Assembly: GCA_045617905.1 (NCBI GenBank)
Contig: JAZLJO010000014.1
Span: forward strand, 516 to 64,515
Origin: Candidatus Enterousia sp.
Lineage (GTDB): Bacteria; Pseudomonadota; Alphaproteobacteria; Rs-D84
DNA length: 64,000 nucleotides
Direction: 5' to 3'
The position numbers and the translations under genes are program-made. Below are positions 48,484-57,827 of this stretch, piece by piece (the first letter of the stretch is position 1; the number at the start of each line of letters is the position of its first letter). Below the pieces are notes generated by a model, which was given only the letters and a program-made list of their open reading frames with translations, was not told where the DNA came from and did no database searches.

Positions 48484-49542
48484 ATGATTGACGCACACAA
48501 TATTTATATTCATACACCGTTTTGCATATCAAAATGCAGATATTGTGCATTTTATTCATTTGCATCACCCGCCCCAGATTGGGACACCTTTGCCACCGGC
48601 ATAATAAATGAAATCAAATATTGGGCAGAACTCATCGGCAAATTTTCTGTTCCAACAATATTTTTTGGTGGTGGCACACCATCTTTGATGCCCCCAAAAA
48701 CATTAAATTCAATAATCAACGCAATTAAAACACATTTTTTAATTGCCCCCAATTGTGAAATCACAATGGAATCTAATCCTGGGACACTGAATGCAGAAAA
48801 ATTGTCCGTCTTTAGATCAATTGGGATAAACCGCCTGTCGATTGGGATTCAACGATTGGATGATGAACAATTAATCTTTTTGGGACGTCGTCATACTGTA
48901 TCGGACGCCATGCGATTAATTGATGCGGCCAACAAATTAAATTTACGCGTATCCGGTGATTTCATATATGGAATACCAAATGATACACCATCGGACATTC
49001 AAAAAATGTGTAATGAAATAAATACAATTGGCCTGCAACACGTATCAATGTATGAATTAACAATCGAAACAGGAACCCCATTTTATAAAATGGGATTAAA
49101 CATGCCATCAAATACAGATATGGCGGATATGTATAATGCAATTTCAAAAAATTTATCTCTTCCGCGGTATGAAGTTTCAAATTATGCATGTCCCGGCAAT
49201 GAATGTCGTCACAATTTGAACATATGGAATGGTGCACCATACATTGGTCTGGGCCGCGGGGCGGCCGGTCGGCCATTTTTCAATAATCACTGGCATGAAC
49301 AATCTGGGGGCATGCCACCTAAAATTACTAATTTGACCATAAACGCACGTGCCACGGAAAAAATTATAACAGGACTGCGGACATTAAATGGTGTAAAAAT
49401 GACGACTGATGTAAAAAATATTATAAATTATGATTTTATAAACAATAACCCCGATTTGTTACAGATAACCCCAGACAACAGACTGCGGACCACTGAAAAA
49501 GGCATGTTGATTCTGGATAATTTATTGGTAAACTTAATATAA
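48484..49542 (+). CDS. hemW: radical SAM heme chaperone HemW (HemN-like, oxygen-independent coproporphyrinogen oxidase family)
   Basis: The radical SAM motif CxxxCxYC (CISKCRYC), GGGTPS, and a HemN_C-like tail. Confidence 0.85.
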   Translation: MIDAHNIYIHTPFCISKCRYCAFYSFASPAPDWDTFATGIINEIKYWAELIGKFSVPTIFFGGGTPSLMPPKTLNSIINAIKTHFLIAPNCEITMESNPGTLNAEKLSVFRSIGINRLSIGIQRLDDEQLIFLGRRHTVSDAMRLIDAANKLNLRVSGDFIYGIPNDTPSDIQKMCNEINTIGLQHVSMYELTIETGTPFYKMGLNMPSNTDMADMYNAISKNLSLPRYEVSNYACPGNECRHNLNIWNGAPYIGLGRGAAGRPFFNNHWHEQSGGMPPKITNLTINARATEKIITGLRTLNGVKMTTDVKNIINYDFINNNPDLLQITPDNRLRTTEKGMLILDNLLVNLI

Positions 49543-49569
49543 GCAAACATTTAAATCACAGGACAGGAA

Positions 49570-51561
49570 ATGGAACACAAATTGTTAAATATAATTGGCG
49601 TTGCCGCTGTAATCGCGGCATTGTCTGTTGCACGTTACATTACCACACAGGAGAAAACAATGAACGCAGGAATAAAAACCGAAAATATGGACATATCTGT
49701 TCGCCCAGGCGACAACTTTTTTGACTATGCCACCGCAGGATGGCGCAAATCTCATCCGATTCCAGATGATTATACCAGATATGGCACATTTGAAATATTG
49801 GCAGAAACAAATATGGAACGCGTTCGCAAAATTGCCGAAACAGATTCTGGCAAAATCGGCACACTATATAAAATTACAATGGATACGGAAAAACGTAATG
49901 CCGATGGTATAAAACCGGTTATAAAACAATTAGATGAAATCAACGCATTAACATCTGTAAAACAACTGCCCACATTTTTGGGTAAATTTCATCGTATAAC
50001 ATCTGCATTTTGGGGCGATGGGGTTGGTTTAGACGAAATGGACAGCGAACATTACCTGTATAATATATATCAGGGTGGACTGGGCCTGTCACGTGATTAT
50101 TATTTCGATACGGATGAAAAATCTGTTGAAATTCGCACAAAATATAAAAAATTCATTGCAGAAATACTGAATAATTTTGGAATTTCTGGGGATGCAGAAA
50201 AATTATATAAAATCGAAGAACGTATGGCGGGGGCATTTTTCACCAAAGAAAAATTACGTGATCCAAACGCAAATTATCACAAATTAAGCATTGATGAAAT
50301 TCGCAAACAATTTTCTGGTTTTGATTGGGACGCGTATTTATCATCACGTGGTGCAACGGCCGCAACACACATTAATATTGGCCAACCCGCAGCGATAACA
50401 GAATCAATAAAAATAATGAATGATACTGATTTTGAATTAATTAAAACGTATTTAAAATATCGTATTGCCTTGGCCGCCGACACATTATTAGACGATAAAA
50501 CATACGATATAACATTTGATTTTTATAATCGCACAATGGCCGGCCAACAAGAACAAAAACCACGTTGGAAACGTGCCGTAGGTTTGTTAGATGGAACATT
50601 AGGCGAAGAAATCGGACATTTATATGTAAAAAAATATTTTCCATCAGATGCCAAAAATCGCATGCAAAAATTGGTAAAAAATTTACAACGGGCATTAGGT
50701 ATGCGCATTGAACAATTATCTTGGATGTCGGACACAACCCGTCAACAGGCATTAAAAAAATTAAATACATTTAATGCAAAAATCGGTTATCCCGATAAAT
50801 GGCGCGATTATTCCAAATTAGAAATTGTCGCTACTGATTCTTTGTGGGATAATATGATGCGTGTTTCACAATTCGAAGATGAATTTTGGTTAAATAAAAT
50901 TGGTCAACCCAAAGATTCTACGCTATGGTATATGAACGCACATGAAATCAATGCATATTACGATCCGTCTACAAATGAAATCTGTTTTCCTGCCGGTATT
51001 TTACAATACCCCTTTTTTGATATGAACGCAGATGATGCATTTAATTATGGTGCCATCGGCAGCATTATCGGCCATGAAATGACACACGGTTTTGATGATT
51101 CTGGCCGAAAATTTGACAGCCATGGCAACATGACCGATTGGTGGACAGAATCTGATGCCGTGGCGTTTACAGAACGTGCAAATGTATTACGTAAATTTTT
51201 CGATAGCATTGAAATTGCACCAGGCATTCATGCAAACGGTGAATTTACATTGGGCGAAAATTTGGCGGATTATGGTGGCGTTACCATATCATTTACCGCA
51301 TATAAAAATTTTGGTACCCCAACGCCAACATCAAATGGATTGACATCTGATATGCGATTTTTTATTTCATACGCAACCAGTTGGGCGGCCAATATCCGCG
51401 AACCCGAGGCATTGCGCAGAACAAAAATTGATGAACATTCATTACCACAAAATCGTGTAAATGGCATATTACCGCACATAGACGCCTGGTACGATGCATA
51501 TAATGTAACACCCGAAAACAAAATGTACATTGCACCAGAAAAACGCGTAAAATTATGGTAA
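49570..51561 (+). CDS. pepO: M13 family zinc metalloendopeptidase (PepO-like)
   Basis: The HEMTHGFDD zincin motif, GENLADYGG, N-A-Y-Y (NAYYDP), and an N-terminal signal/anchor. Confidence 0.9.
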   Translation: MEHKLLNIIGVAAVIAALSVARYITTQEKTMNAGIKTENMDISVRPGDNFFDYATAGWRKSHPIPDDYTRYGTFEILAETNMERVRKIAETDSGKIGTLYKITMDTEKRNADGIKPVIKQLDEINALTSVKQLPTFLGKFHRITSAFWGDGVGLDEMDSEHYLYNIYQGGLGLSRDYYFDTDEKSVEIRTKYKKFIAEILNNFGISGDAEKLYKIEERMAGAFFTKEKLRDPNANYHKLSIDEIRKQFSGFDWDAYLSSRGATAATHINIGQPAAITESIKIMNDTDFELIKTYLKYRIALAADTLLDDKTYDITFDFYNRTMAGQQEQKPRWKRAVGLLDGTLGEEIGHLYVKKYFPSDAKNRMQKLVKNLQRALGMRIEQLSWMSDTTRQQALKKLNTFNAKIGYPDKWRDYSKLEIVATDSLWDNMMRVSQFEDEFWLNKIGQPKDSTLWYMNAHEINAYYDPSTNEICFPAGILQYPFFDMNADDAFNYGAIGSIIGHEMTHGFDDSGRKFDSHGNMTDWWTESDAVAFTERANVLRKFFDSIEIAPGIHANGEFTLGENLADYGGVTISFTAYKNFGTPTPTSNGLTSDMRFFISYATSWAANIREPEALRRTKIDEHSLPQNRVNGILPHIDAWYDAYNVTPENKMYIAPEKRVKLW

Positions 51562-51564
51562 ACA

Positions 51565-51590
51565 AAAACGGGGCAAATGCCCCGTTTTTA
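51565..51590. terminator. bidirectional rho-independent terminator
   Basis: AAAACGGGGC-aaat-GCCCCGTTTT. Confidence 0.85.
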
Positions 51591-51604
51591 TTAATAAAAA
51601 ATTA

Positions 51605-51934
51605 TCAATAATGTGATATAACATGTAATACAACACTGACAACAAACAACAATGTAACCACCGCTAATATCACTTTTTGTTTATGATGATTATTTGTTTC
51701 ATGACAATGTTGACACGCGCATTTACAATCACGCATAACCAACACCCACGACAGTCCCAACATCAATGCCGAAAAAACAAACAACCATGGTTCCATCCAC
51801 TGTGATATGACATGCGAATGTGCAAATTCTGGCCCAAACAATGATAATACAGACAAACCAACTGGTAACACACAACAAAACAAATGCGGCACTATTGATG
51901 CAATTATACCAATTTTAACAGCCTTGTTTTTCAT
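51605..51934 (-). CDS. small polytopic membrane protein with Cys/His clusters (MerC-like?)
   Basis: 109 aa with four hydrophobic segments, HLFCCVLP, and CKCACQHCHETNNHH. Its resemblance to MerC-type metal transporters is only compositional. Confidence 0.4.
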   Translation of the reverse strand: MKNKAVKIGIIASIVPHLFCCVLPVGLSVLSLFGPEFAHSHVISQWMEPWLFVFSALMLGLSWVLVMRDCKCACQHCHETNNHHKQKVILAVVTLLFVVSVVLHVISHY

Positions 51935-51956
51935 ATATTCCCCCGAATATTTTTAT

Positions 51957-52481
51957 TTATCTGTGTCCATTGTTTTTTGCCATTATTTTTTCAAGCACCA
52001 TTTTCATCGGTTTATTTGCGTCAAAACAACTGTGTCCAATATTTTTCACAGATGGCATTGTAATATGATTAACATTTGTATCATACCGTAAAAAACCATT
52101 TGATACAGAAACCGTTTTTTGAAAATTTACACCGATAATGTTACCGTCTTTAACCTTAACGATTTCTTTTTTCCCTGCGATAATTACATATTTATTAAAA
52201 TCACCTTTAATTTCAACTTTTTTATTTTCTATTTCTTTTTGAAACATACATATAAAACCATCAAAAACAGCCGCCGGATTATACAAGCGTTGCTTTTCGA
52301 TATCATAAATAAAATACCCCATCATTAACTGTTTTTTTGAATCTATTTTATAAAAAATATCTTTTTTGTTATCTTTAACACAATAACCATTTTTATTAAA
52401 ATATACATTATTGACCCGGACATTATACCCTATGATACGGCCATCTATTGTTACCATAAACTTTTGTTCTTTTTTACTCAT
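51957..52481 (-). CDS. hypothetical protein
   Basis: 174-aa Lys/Asn-rich ORF with no motif recognised, apart from a possible BspA-type LRR-like end (ITMPSVKNIGHSCFDAN). Confidence 0.4.
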   Translation of the reverse strand: MSKKEQKFMVTIDGRIIGYNVRVNNVYFNKNGYCVKDNKKDIFYKIDSKKQLMMGYFIYDIEKQRLYNPAAVFDGFICMFQKEIENKKVEIKGDFNKYVIIAGKKEIVKVKDGNIIGVNFQKTVSVSNGFLRYDTNVNHITMPSVKNIGHSCFDANKPMKMVLEKIMAKNNGHR

Positions 52482-52554
52482 CTAACACTTATCCTTTTTA
52501 TTTGGGTCTTTTCTTATATCACAATTTTTTTTCATTGTCAAAACAAAACCTACC

Positions 52555-52639
52555 TGGTGCAGGCGGGGGGATTTGAACCCCCATAGATTACTCTGCTGGA
52601 ACCTAAATCCAGTGCGTCTACCAATTTCGCCACGCCTGC
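52555..52639 (-). tRNA. tRNA-Leu (anticodon UAG)
   Basis: The cloverleaf was folded by hand: acceptor GCAGGCG/CGCCTGC, D-arm GGCGAAATTGGTAGACGC, anticodon loop TTTAGGT, a long variable arm, T-arm GGGGG-TTCAAAT-CCCCC, and an encoded CCA. Confidence 0.93.
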
Positions 52640-52916
52640 AAATTTATCAATATACCGGATAGTTACGCGGGTATAACTTGCCAGGATGTTCCAAATCGGT
52701 CTTAACCCCACAAGATGTTACCACCAACGTAATCAACAATAAAAATCCACAAAATATTTTATTCATTCGTTCGGATTATACTGCACACATGCATACATGT
52801 CAAATTTTTGACTATTGTATTTTATATTTTTGTATATATAACCCAATTAAAAATTATCATCGATAAATAAATACTCTTGCAAAACAATTATTATTTCGTA
52901 TAATCTTCCCACAACA

Positions 52917-53006
52917 GGAGACGTGGCAGAGCGGTTGAATGCGCTTGACTCGAAATCAAGTATACGGGCAACTGTATCAAGGGTTCAAATCCCTTCGTCT
53001 CCGCCA
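52917..53006 (+). tRNA. tRNA-Ser (anticodon CGA)
   Basis: Acceptor GGAGACG/CGTCTCC, anticodon stem-loop CTTGA-CTCGAAA-TCAAG, a long variable arm, T-arm AGGG-TTCAAAT-CCCT, and an encoded CCA. Confidence 0.93.
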
Positions 53007-53018
53007 TGATAATGAAAA

Positions 53019-53047
53019 ACACACACCAACATGGGTGTGTGTTTTTT
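53019..53047 (+). terminator. rho-independent terminator after tRNA-Ser
   Basis: CACACACC-aacatg-GGTGTGTG followed by TTTTTT. Confidence 0.85.
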
Positions 53048-53100
53048 GTTATCACAGACGCAAATCGACAAATTAACCGGTAATGTGTTATAAATTTTCA

Positions 53101-55053
53101 CTAACGCATTATTTGCTGTATTTCATTAATTATAACTATTTTTCTTACCTCTTCCCAATACTTATCCGTAAATTCAAAACCTGCTTTTTTACAAAACTCT
53201 GCCTCGTACCCACGTTTTATACATATTGGTTGTTGGCTTCCAGATTGCATTTGCTTACACCAATCTGGACGTTTCGGTGAATCATACAATTTTTGGAACC
53301 CATCGCTTATTTCTTTGCTTTTGAGACTCCCATTTTTTATTAATCCCCTAAGGTCTCTAGTACTCAACCACTTATTATCTTTTTGTGGTAAATCATTTTC
53401 CTTGGTCAACAATTCAAAATCATACCCATGATTGTTTGCCCAATCACAAAAATCATTAACATTATTTTTATTTATACATATTGGTTGCAGGGTACCAGAT
53501 TGCATTTTCTTACACCAATCTGGACGTTTCGGTAAATCATACAATTTTTGGAATCCATTGCTTATTTCTTTGATTTTGGATTGGCCATTTTTTATTAATC
53601 CCCTAAGGTCGCTAGCATTCAACCAATCAGATGTTTTCTGTTCTATTGACGGATGATTTCCCTCATATTCGTTAAACAACGTTATTAAGTCTGCTGTTTT
53701 TGTTATTATGCGTGTAAAACCATATTGAATATTTTCCGATGTTTTTTGTTCTGATTGTCGTTTAGACATTTGTCTGTTATTTTTAATATCATAATTATCG
53801 GGCAATACTATTGGTGCATGTATTATATCTTTGAATAAAATCTGCGATACACCCGCTGCCGTTTCTAACATAGACTCAATCGGTTCATTTGCAACGCGTT
53901 GGAATACCATATCAATCACAAATGCAAACTTATCCTTATCTTTTGGATTTACTCTTAAAACACGACCGGCTGTCTGTTCTGCCTTGACCCTGGAATGCGT
54001 TGGATAATTCATACATAAACTAACATTCACATCATCAAAACCTTCGGTCATGGTACCAACCTGACATGCAACCTTGTATTTTCCATTTCGGAACTTATCT
54101 TGATATTCTTTAAAATTATCCGTTTTACTGTTTAATGAAATCGCAATTTCCTTTCCTGCTAATTTATTTATTTTTTCTGCCTGTAAATTTGCAATTTCTA
54201 TATTTGGACAATTTATTAATGCCTTGCATTCACTAAAATCCACCCCTGTTTCTTCATCACGCTCCTCCATATAAACCCGTGCAACCTCTTCTGTCAATTC
54301 TTCGGTATTTAATTTAAACGATTTATAATCATAATCCCCGGTATTATCTAATTTGGCCTGTGATAAATCACATACCATACTGGATCGTACCAAAATATTC
54401 TTTACCGGACACAATATCGATTTTTTTACCGCATCATTTATTGGCATTGCCACCAATTCTGTGGGCAATAATTTGGCAACTGTTTTATTTGCTTCATAAT
54501 CCGGCGTTGCACTAAAACCCATAACGGGGCTGTATTCAATTAACTTTTTTAATAATTGTGCGGTTTTATCCCCCAACATATGATGTGCTTCGTCCGCAAA
54601 TACAAACCCAATATTTTTAACATCTATATTTTCAATTAATTTTGACAACGATTGATACGTTGTAATTATTACATCTGAATCCGTTTGTTTTTCTTTACCA
54701 TAAAACTCGCTGGCTGTTAAATTTGCAAATCGTTTTAATTCGTTTTGTGTTTGGTCAATCAATGCAATACGTGGTACAATAATTAACACCTTTTTACGAT
54801 TATCACCTGCACCATTTAAATACGCATGTGTTAACAAAGAAAATGTAACGGTTTTACCAAAACCCGTTGGCAATTTACAATAACTGTGTGCGAATTCAGA
54901 CGCAGTAAATCCATTAAATTTATTCAAAATATCATATTGATGATCACGTAAATCAACCGTTGAATCATTAATAATCCCAGCATGGCCTTCATGACCATTC
55001 AAACCCATAAATAAATAATTTACCTGTTGTTCAATATCAGAATGCATAAACAA
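53101..55053 (-). CDS. superfamily 2 DEAD/DEAH-box helicase (ResIII-like) with a tandemly duplicated C-terminal module
   Basis: Motif I LPTGFGKT, motif II FADEAHH, motif III GFSATP, and motif VI QTAGRVLR. The C-terminus carries two ~85-aa repeats (..DLRGLIKNG..K.KEIS.GFQKLYD.PKRPDWCK.MQSG..QPICI..). Confidence 0.8.
   Translation of the reverse strand: MFMHSDIEQQVNYLFMGLNGHEGHAGIINDSTVDLRDHQYDILNKFNGFTASEFAHSYCKLPTGFGKTVTFSLLTHAYLNGAGDNRKKVLIIVPRIALIDQTQNELKRFANLTASEFYGKEKQTDSDVIITTYQSLSKLIENIDVKNIGFVFADEAHHMLGDKTAQLLKKLIEYSPVMGFSATPDYEANKTVAKLLPTELVAMPINDAVKKSILCPVKNILVRSSMVCDLSQAKLDNTGDYDYKSFKLNTEELTEEVARVYMEERDEETGVDFSECKALINCPNIEIANLQAEKINKLAGKEIAISLNSKTDNFKEYQDKFRNGKYKVACQVGTMTEGFDDVNVSLCMNYPTHSRVKAEQTAGRVLRVNPKDKDKFAFVIDMVFQRVANEPIESMLETAAGVSQILFKDIIHAPIVLPDNYDIKNNRQMSKRQSEQKTSENIQYGFTRIITKTADLITLFNEYEGNHPSIEQKTSDWLNASDLRGLIKNGQSKIKEISNGFQKLYDLPKRPDWCKKMQSGTLQPICINKNNVNDFCDWANNHGYDFELLTKENDLPQKDNKWLSTRDLRGLIKNGSLKSKEISDGFQKLYDSPKRPDWCKQMQSGSQQPICIKRGYEAEFCKKAGFEFTDKYWEEVRKIVIINEIQQIMR
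53215..53630. repeat. 255-bp-period tandem duplication inside the helicase 3' end
   Basis: caccaatctggacgtttcggt.aatcatacaatttttggaa occurs at 53258 and at 53513. About 160 bp per unit is highly similar. Confidence 0.85.
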
Positions 55054-55165
55054 ACCTCTTCAGTCAAAATATAATACAACTATTATAATTGTCAAGTTTA
55101 TGTTTGAATTTTGTTATTATTTAACCGCCTGTTCATATCTATGGTATTGGTACAGCTTTTTAGGT

Positions 55166-55292
55166 AAAAATCCCTGTTTTATAAAAATAAATTCCCTGTT
55201 ATTTTTACGGGAATTTTTATGATAACGGCCCGAAATCTGGCGTATTTAACAAAAACATCGTGCAAAAAAACACTAAAAAATCCCTGTTTTAT
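55166..55292. repeat. 17-bp direct repeats AAAAATCCCTGTTTTAT (two exact copies, 110 bp apart) plus a related inverted pair
   Basis: Exact copies lie at 55166-55182 and 55276-55292. A related AAATTCCCTGTTA (55189-55201) faces ACGGGAATTT (55207-55216). All lie in the divergent helicase/Fic-like intergenic region. Confidence 0.8.
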
Positions 55293-55377
55293 CGTTTGAC
55301 ACATCGGGCTATTATTAAACACCACCAGGATAACAAAAAACGCACACAAGTTGGGTATGTGTTCACGCAAACAAATA

Positions 55378-55405
55378 TTGACACAAATATTTTTTATAAT
55401 ATGAT
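55378..55405 (+). promoter_or_regulatory. candidate promoter of the Fic-like gene
   Basis: TTGACA (55378-55383), a 16-nt spacer and TATGAT (55400-55405). Confidence 0.45.
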
Positions 55406-55438
55406 TACAGTGTTTTATATTAACTAAAAGTCAATTCT

Positions 55439-56158
55439 ATGAACAACGATAAATTATTAAAAGTTATCAATTTCAACCAATACAAAATAAATAACAAATT
55501 GTCTGCGTCTGTCATGTTAACAAAGACTTATCATGCATGGCTGGAAAATAAAATATCCAACACAGAAAGTAAATGTTTATATGCGGTGCAGACTAACACC
55601 AAAGAAAATCCATCTTTTAAATCTAATTATTCATCTGGTTTTCAAAGTATTTTTGATTACAATTGCGCATCCGGTTTACGCAAGGCGTTTAATTATATCA
55701 TTGAACAAAAAGATCAATATATAGATATACATGAAATAACACAAATCCATTATTTAATATGCAATGAAAATAATATTACCGTTAATGATACATTCATTAG
55801 ACCTGGTGTAATAAAACGTGAAACCGCAAACATCTTACTTAACCGGTTGCAATTGGCACAATACGAACAAGAAAAAAATATTTATCCAGCCTTTCGCATC
55901 CACTATGACATAATTAAATTACAGGCATTTGATGATTATAATAAACGTACTGCTCGAATGGTTATGAATTGGATTTTAATAAAAAATGGATATTCCCCAA
56001 TATTTTTTATCAAAGAAAACGATAAAACAGAATATCAAAAATCATTACTTAACAATAAAATGGGTAATCATGAACAATATATTGAATATATGTTACAAAC
56101 AATGATATCATCCCAAAAAGATACATTGAATTTTTTATCCAAAACCACGTTTCGTTAA
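55439..56158 (+). CDS. Fic/DOC-fold protein with a degenerate active-site motif
   Basis: QAFDDYNKRTARMVMNWIL aligns with the Fic motif HxFx(D/E)GNGRxxR. F, D, N and both R residues are kept, but the catalytic His is Gln and both Gly residues are lost. Confidence 0.55.
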   Translation: MNNDKLLKVINFNQYKINNKLSASVMLTKTYHAWLENKISNTESKCLYAVQTNTKENPSFKSNYSSGFQSIFDYNCASGLRKAFNYIIEQKDQYIDIHEITQIHYLICNENNITVNDTFIRPGVIKRETANILLNRLQLAQYEQEKNIYPAFRIHYDIIKLQAFDDYNKRTARMVMNWILIKNGYSPIFFIKENDKTEYQKSLLNNKMGNHEQYIEYMLQTMISSQKDTLNFLSKTTFR

Positions 56159-56235
56159 ACGTATATGGAACAAGAAACACCAATAAAGCAGCAATAAACA
56201 ATCCCCCCCAAAACGGGGTATTACGTTGGCAAAAT

Positions 56236-56260
56236 AAAACACGCCAATTGGCGTTTTTTA
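56236..56260. terminator. bidirectional hairpin terminator
   Basis: The palindrome ACGCCAATTGGCGT flanked by A- and T-runs. Confidence 0.8.
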
Positions 56261-56283
56261 TTTACATGAACAAAATCCATTAA

Positions 56284-56880
56284 TTATTTCTTATCTTTGT
56301 GCTTTGGCATTTCTTTTACATCATTGTGCATGTTGGCACAATCACATTTTTTATATTCATTACGTGTATTTTTTAATTGTTGTTTTTGTTCATCAGTCAA
56401 AATCGATTCAAAATCATGCCTGTGTTCTTTAAACAAACGGTGTTGTTTTTCATCCAATTTTCTTAAATCTTTTCGTAAATCTTTACGCATATTTTCAATT
56501 TTACGAAATTGTTCATCGGTCAAAATCGCCTCTATTTTTTCTTGATAACGTTCATGCAATGCAACACGGGCCATATGCATTTCATGAATATCATCTTTGT
56601 GTTTTTTACCTAATGTTTTAAATTTTTCACGTTGTTTGTCTGTTAATTTAACATCATGGTTAAAATCCGGCCGTCCAAAATCATGTTCCATACGCATATC
56701 ATGCGGGGGCATCATCACACCGCCATCAATCATAAACATCGGACGTGGGGCATCCATTAAAACCATCATCTCAACCCCCGCATCTGTTTTACTTTTTTGT
56801 GGTACTTTTATTACATCATTTGCAAACGAATTTGACACCCCAATCAGCATATAAACAACACCCACAAATATTTTCTTCAT
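56284..56880 (-). CDS. periplasmic LTXXQ-motif (CpxP/Spy/ZraP-like) protein, His/Met-rich
   Basis: Signal peptide, three LTD(K/E)Q repeats (LTDKQREKF, LTDEQFRKI, LTDEQKQQL), and many His/Met residues (PHDMRMEHDF, HEMHM). Confidence 0.7.
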   Translation of the reverse strand: MKKIFVGVVYMLIGVSNSFANDVIKVPQKSKTDAGVEMMVLMDAPRPMFMIDGGVMMPPHDMRMEHDFGRPDFNHDVKLTDKQREKFKTLGKKHKDDIHEMHMARVALHERYQEKIEAILTDEQFRKIENMRKDLRKDLRKLDEKQHRLFKEHRHDFESILTDEQKQQLKNTRNEYKKCDCANMHNDVKEMPKHKDKK

Positions 56881-56941
56881 TTATTTCCCCTTTGGTTAAT
56901 ACATCTAAATAAACGACTAAACATAATAAAACGTTCATTTT

Positions 56942-57424
56942 TTATAATAAAAATTTTAATTCATCCGCTAATTTTTGACGCGCGGTAAATATACGGGATT
57001 TAACCGTTCCAACAGGTATTTTTAATCTTTGTGCAATTTCATCTTGGCTATACCCTTCAAATTCCTGTAAAACGATTACCTGTTTTAATTTTTTTGGTAA
57101 TTTATTAACTGCACGTAAAACAATTTTTTGCCGTTGGACCACATAATACATATCTTCGGGGTTCGGCATACCATCCGCTAAATTTTCTGGTATTTCTGAC
57201 GCATTACGTTCATGAATAAAAAACTTACTTTTGAAATAATCTGTACAAATATTATTTGTTATTACACAAACCCACGATTTTTCTTTACCTTGTTCCCGAT
57301 AAGTTTCACGTTTTTGCCACAGGCGAATAAACACCTGTTGTTCCAAATCAGGATTTACGCCCCCTGTTTTTTTACGTATTATGCGACGCACCAGTTTTTG
57401 ATATTTATTCACCATATCAAACAT
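56942..57424 (-). CDS. ECF-type RNA polymerase sigma-70 factor
   Basis: A region 2 (QQVFIRLWQK..Y....K..W) and a region 4 HTH (YSQDEIAQRLKIPVGTVKSRIFTARQKL). Confidence 0.88.
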   Translation of the reverse strand: MFDMVNKYQKLVRRIIRKKTGGVNPDLEQQVFIRLWQKRETYREQGKEKSWVCVITNNICTDYFKSKFFIHERNASEIPENLADGMPNPEDMYYVVQRQKIVLRAVNKLPKKLKQVIVLQEFEGYSQDEIAQRLKIPVGTVKSRIFTARQKLADELKFLL

Positions 57425-57663
57425 TAAATTATCCCCATTGCATCAAATTCATCGATATAATATTCCATACTATCATACGATGGATACAATTGCGCATATA
57501 AATCATTAACCGATGTATGGTTATTATATTGATGAATTGCAACCGGTGACATAATTAACACAGCCAACACAATAACGCAATTATTGCGAATCGTTCGTTT
57601 CACACTTTTTCGATGTTGATACAAGGGGCGTGCCTCTTGTAATAAAACAGACAATTTATCCAT
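57424..57663 (-). CDS. small single-pass membrane protein translationally coupled to the ECF sigma gene
   Basis: 79 aa with a TM segment (CVIVLAVLIMSPVAI). Its stop overlaps the sigma start (ATGA-type overlap). Confidence 0.5.
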   Translation of the reverse strand: MDKLSVLLQEARPLYQHRKSVKRTIRNNCVIVLAVLIMSPVAIHQYNNHTSVNDLYAQLYPSYDSMEYYIDEFDAMGII

Positions 57664-57827
57664 AAAAATCGTTCCTTTGCATATATTATAACGATATATT
57701 TTACATTAGGGTTCAAAAAATCATATAAAAAAATAATTATTTGTTTTTTTCACGATTTTTTATTTGACACAACAACTTTTTTTGATATATGTTTGCGAAA
57801 CATTCACCACCAATCAAAGGAGTCCCC

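Noticed and set aside
51957-56158. A genomic island integrated at the tRNA-Leu or tRNA-Ser genes.
   Set aside because: There is no integrase, no tRNA 3'-end direct repeat, and no clear compositional break visible by eye. The accessory nature remains speculation.
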